Source of the DNA: a bacterium | GTDB lineage: Bacteria; Bdellovibrionota_C; UBA2361; CALJRW01 | Assembly: GCA_031385045.1 (NCBI GenBank) | Contig: JANNBC010000017.1 | Coordinates: forward strand, 1-20,188 | Reading direction: 5' to 3' | DNA length: 20,188 nucleotides | In this document: in pieces, positions 18,465-20,188 of the stretch | Numbering within the stretch: the stretch's first letter is position 1 | Layout of the letters: every line of letters starts with the position of its first letter | Notes under the pieces: model-generated | What the model was told of the DNA's origin: nothing | Database searches by the model: none | Seen by the model: only the letters and a program-made list of their open reading frames with translations | Translations under genes and position numbers: made by a program

Positions 18465-18987
18465 CTAATTGCAGTGATAGTCAAAAGGAGTGCCATATCC
18501 TTTTTGAATTTTATTAACAACAGTATCGTAACTCCAGGTAAATACATAGTCAGAGCTATACCCACCACCTCTTGAATAAATTATTAGATCCAAGGTTTTA
18601 CAGTGAATTGTAGACATAAAAAAACGAGTCGAACCATTTGGCCCAAAAGAGTTTATTATTAAGCTAGCAGCAATCTCTGGGTTGGTCATTGAGAGACCAG
18701 GCATCAATCTTCTTGCCATGTCAGGATCGGACCAGTCAGAATTTTTATGCTTATCGATGCCATAATTTCCTGTTATGCCAAGTGCCTGTGCATGTCCATA
18801 GGGGGAACCATGATCTGCAAAACCAACATTTAGGCTGGTAACCATATTGCGGAGATTAGCAAGAGCATCTAGATCGTAAACTCTCATCTTATACTCATAG
18901 AATACGCTGGTGGACATTGAAGCTAAAATACTCAGAACGGCAATGGTTACTAGGAGCTCAAACAAGACTAAAAGCTTTATGATTCAT
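18465..18987 (-). pseudogene. Type IV pilin/pseudopilin-like protein with a 1-nt frameshift in the N-terminal methylation motif
   Basis: ATG 18987 gives MNHKAFSLV then TGA (18960-18958). The +1 frame continues ELLVTIAVLSILASMS. Joined, this is a prepilin A/FSLVELLV motif. Confidence 0.75.
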
Positions 18988-19283
18988 GTGTTATTTAAGA
19001 GAAAGTATGAATATTATATGTCAGCAAAGATTAATTTAAAAGGTTATTAAATCTGAATTTATTTAAGAGAATTAGAGTGAAGAGTCAATTTATTATTTAG
19101 TTTGAATGTTTGGAAATAATAAATATGTTAATAAGCGACTTAACTTGCTAATGCCACTTCTGGAGTTGGCTTTTTGCTACTAACAGTTGAGCTATCTTTG
19201 CTTAATATTTCTGTAACGATGGTTATAGTTGTGTCTTTCTTTTCTCTGTAAAGGGCCGAAGCAAAATTAAAAGCAGAATCAAC

Positions 19284-19400
19284 TTACCCCTTAAGTCCAC
19301 GATTAAACCCATGTGCCAGTATTCCACAGCTTAGGTACTTCTTCAGAATTTCTTTTACTACGAGGTGGAAACCACTATATTGTTGTTGACCATCAGAAAT
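19284..19400 (-). mobile_element. Remnant of an IS91-family (rolling-circle) transposase zinc-binding domain
   Basis: A stop-bounded frame reads ISDGQQQYSGFHLVVKEILKKYLSCGILAHGFNR, resembling the YLxCGILxHGFARVRC signature of IS91-type transposases. The downstream Cys motifs are missing. Confidence 0.55.
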
Positions 19401-19468
19401 TCAGTCGCCACAAGGCTCTTAGAAGATCATAATTCACTTAACGTTAATTCTCCCATTTTGCGAAAAGC

Positions 19469-19506
19469 AAAAGCCAGTACTACTCGAGAGAGTAGTACTG
19501 GCTTTT
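19469..19506. terminator. Bidirectional intrinsic terminator
   Basis: AAAAGCCAGTACTACTC-GAGA-GAGTAGTACTGGCTTTT is a perfect 17-bp inverted repeat, about 30 nt after the stop of the 19535-20179 gene. Confidence 0.85.
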
Positions 19507-19534
19507 TTAATCTATTTTTATATAGGGTAAGCTT

Positions 19535-20188
19535 TTACTCACCTCTAAGATTTTTTAATCTCTTTTTAATCCTCTTTATTTTTCTTTCTAAATTATTAAT
19601 GAAGTCACTTAGGTGGTTAATACTAAGTGATAAATCAGAGTTCTGTAACTTGATTGAAGTACTAGAAGATAATACCTCATTTACACTATTTTTTAGAGCA
19701 TCATAACTAACTACTAAAGTATCATAAAGATCCTTTAGATCATTATACTTTTCTAGTGAAACTGTAGCTATCTCTCCGTTAACACACTTATTGATTAGAT
19801 CAACAGATGTCTTTGTTATACTATACTTATAACTTGGCCCACATAAATCCGCAGAAAAATCAGAATCATTTGTTATAGGATAATCAATTCTTGTCTGTTC
19901 AACGCCTAACCTATAATCAAGATCTCTCCCTATATTTTCAATTGCAGAAGCACAAGTATTAGAAAGTACGTCACTTCGATTCTGACATACGCTTGGCACT
20001 AAGAAGGATTTAGCCACCTCAGGCGCTGTGATGTAAGCATTATCTAAGGCGTAGCCGCGCGTTTTAGAGCCAGTATTAATGATAGATTCGCATAGTTTTT
20101 CTCCATCTTCAAGCGCAAAGTTTTTTCTGTAAGCATTTATCCACAAACATCTGAGGTGTAATTCCCCCAAGTGTTCCATGAGGACGCT
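19535..20188 (-). CDS. Hypothetical protein, Cys-containing with a C-terminal coiled coil and basic tail; probably 5'-truncated by the window edge
   Basis: The frame is open to the window end (AGC GTC CTC ATG at 20188-20177) and is followed by a strong terminator. No family recognised. Confidence 0.6.
   Translation of the reverse strand, partial: SVLMEHLGELHLRCLWINAYRKNFALEDGEKLCESIINTGSKTRGYALDNAYITAPEVAKSFLVPSVCQNRSDVLSNTCASAIENIGRDLDYRLGVEQTRIDYPITNDSDFSADLCGPSYKYSITKTSVDLINKCVNGEIATVSLEKYNDLKDLYDTLVVSYDALKNSVNEVLSSSTSIKLQNSDLSLSINHLSDFINNLERKIKRIKKRLKNLRGE

Overview
AT-rich bacterial chromosomal window. Gene order suggests a Deltaproteobacteria/Bdellovibrionota-like lineage near the replication origin (inference). 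The minus-strand core is prfB (with the canonical CTT-TGA +1 frameshift), parA, parB, a bactofilin, an SRPBCC membrane protein, a divergent IMPDH/GMP-reductase-family gene, and a split ATP synthase operon (b', b, delta, alpha, gamma, beta, epsilon; no a or c subunit). The left flank holds an IS21-family terminus, a DUF4145 gene and a frameshifted Sel1-repeat gene. The right flank holds an LplT-Aas fusion with a degenerate, truncated adenylation domain, a frameshifted type IV pilin-like gene, a probable IS91-type transposase scrap and a hypothetical gene. The most unusual signal is a family of ~62-66 bp REP-like hairpin elements (ends TCCRCC...GACAAGC). Two copies carry parS sites in their centre, and one appears inserted, without target duplication, near the middle of another parS-like palindrome upstream of parA. 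All family calls come from motif recognition by eye; no database searches were run.
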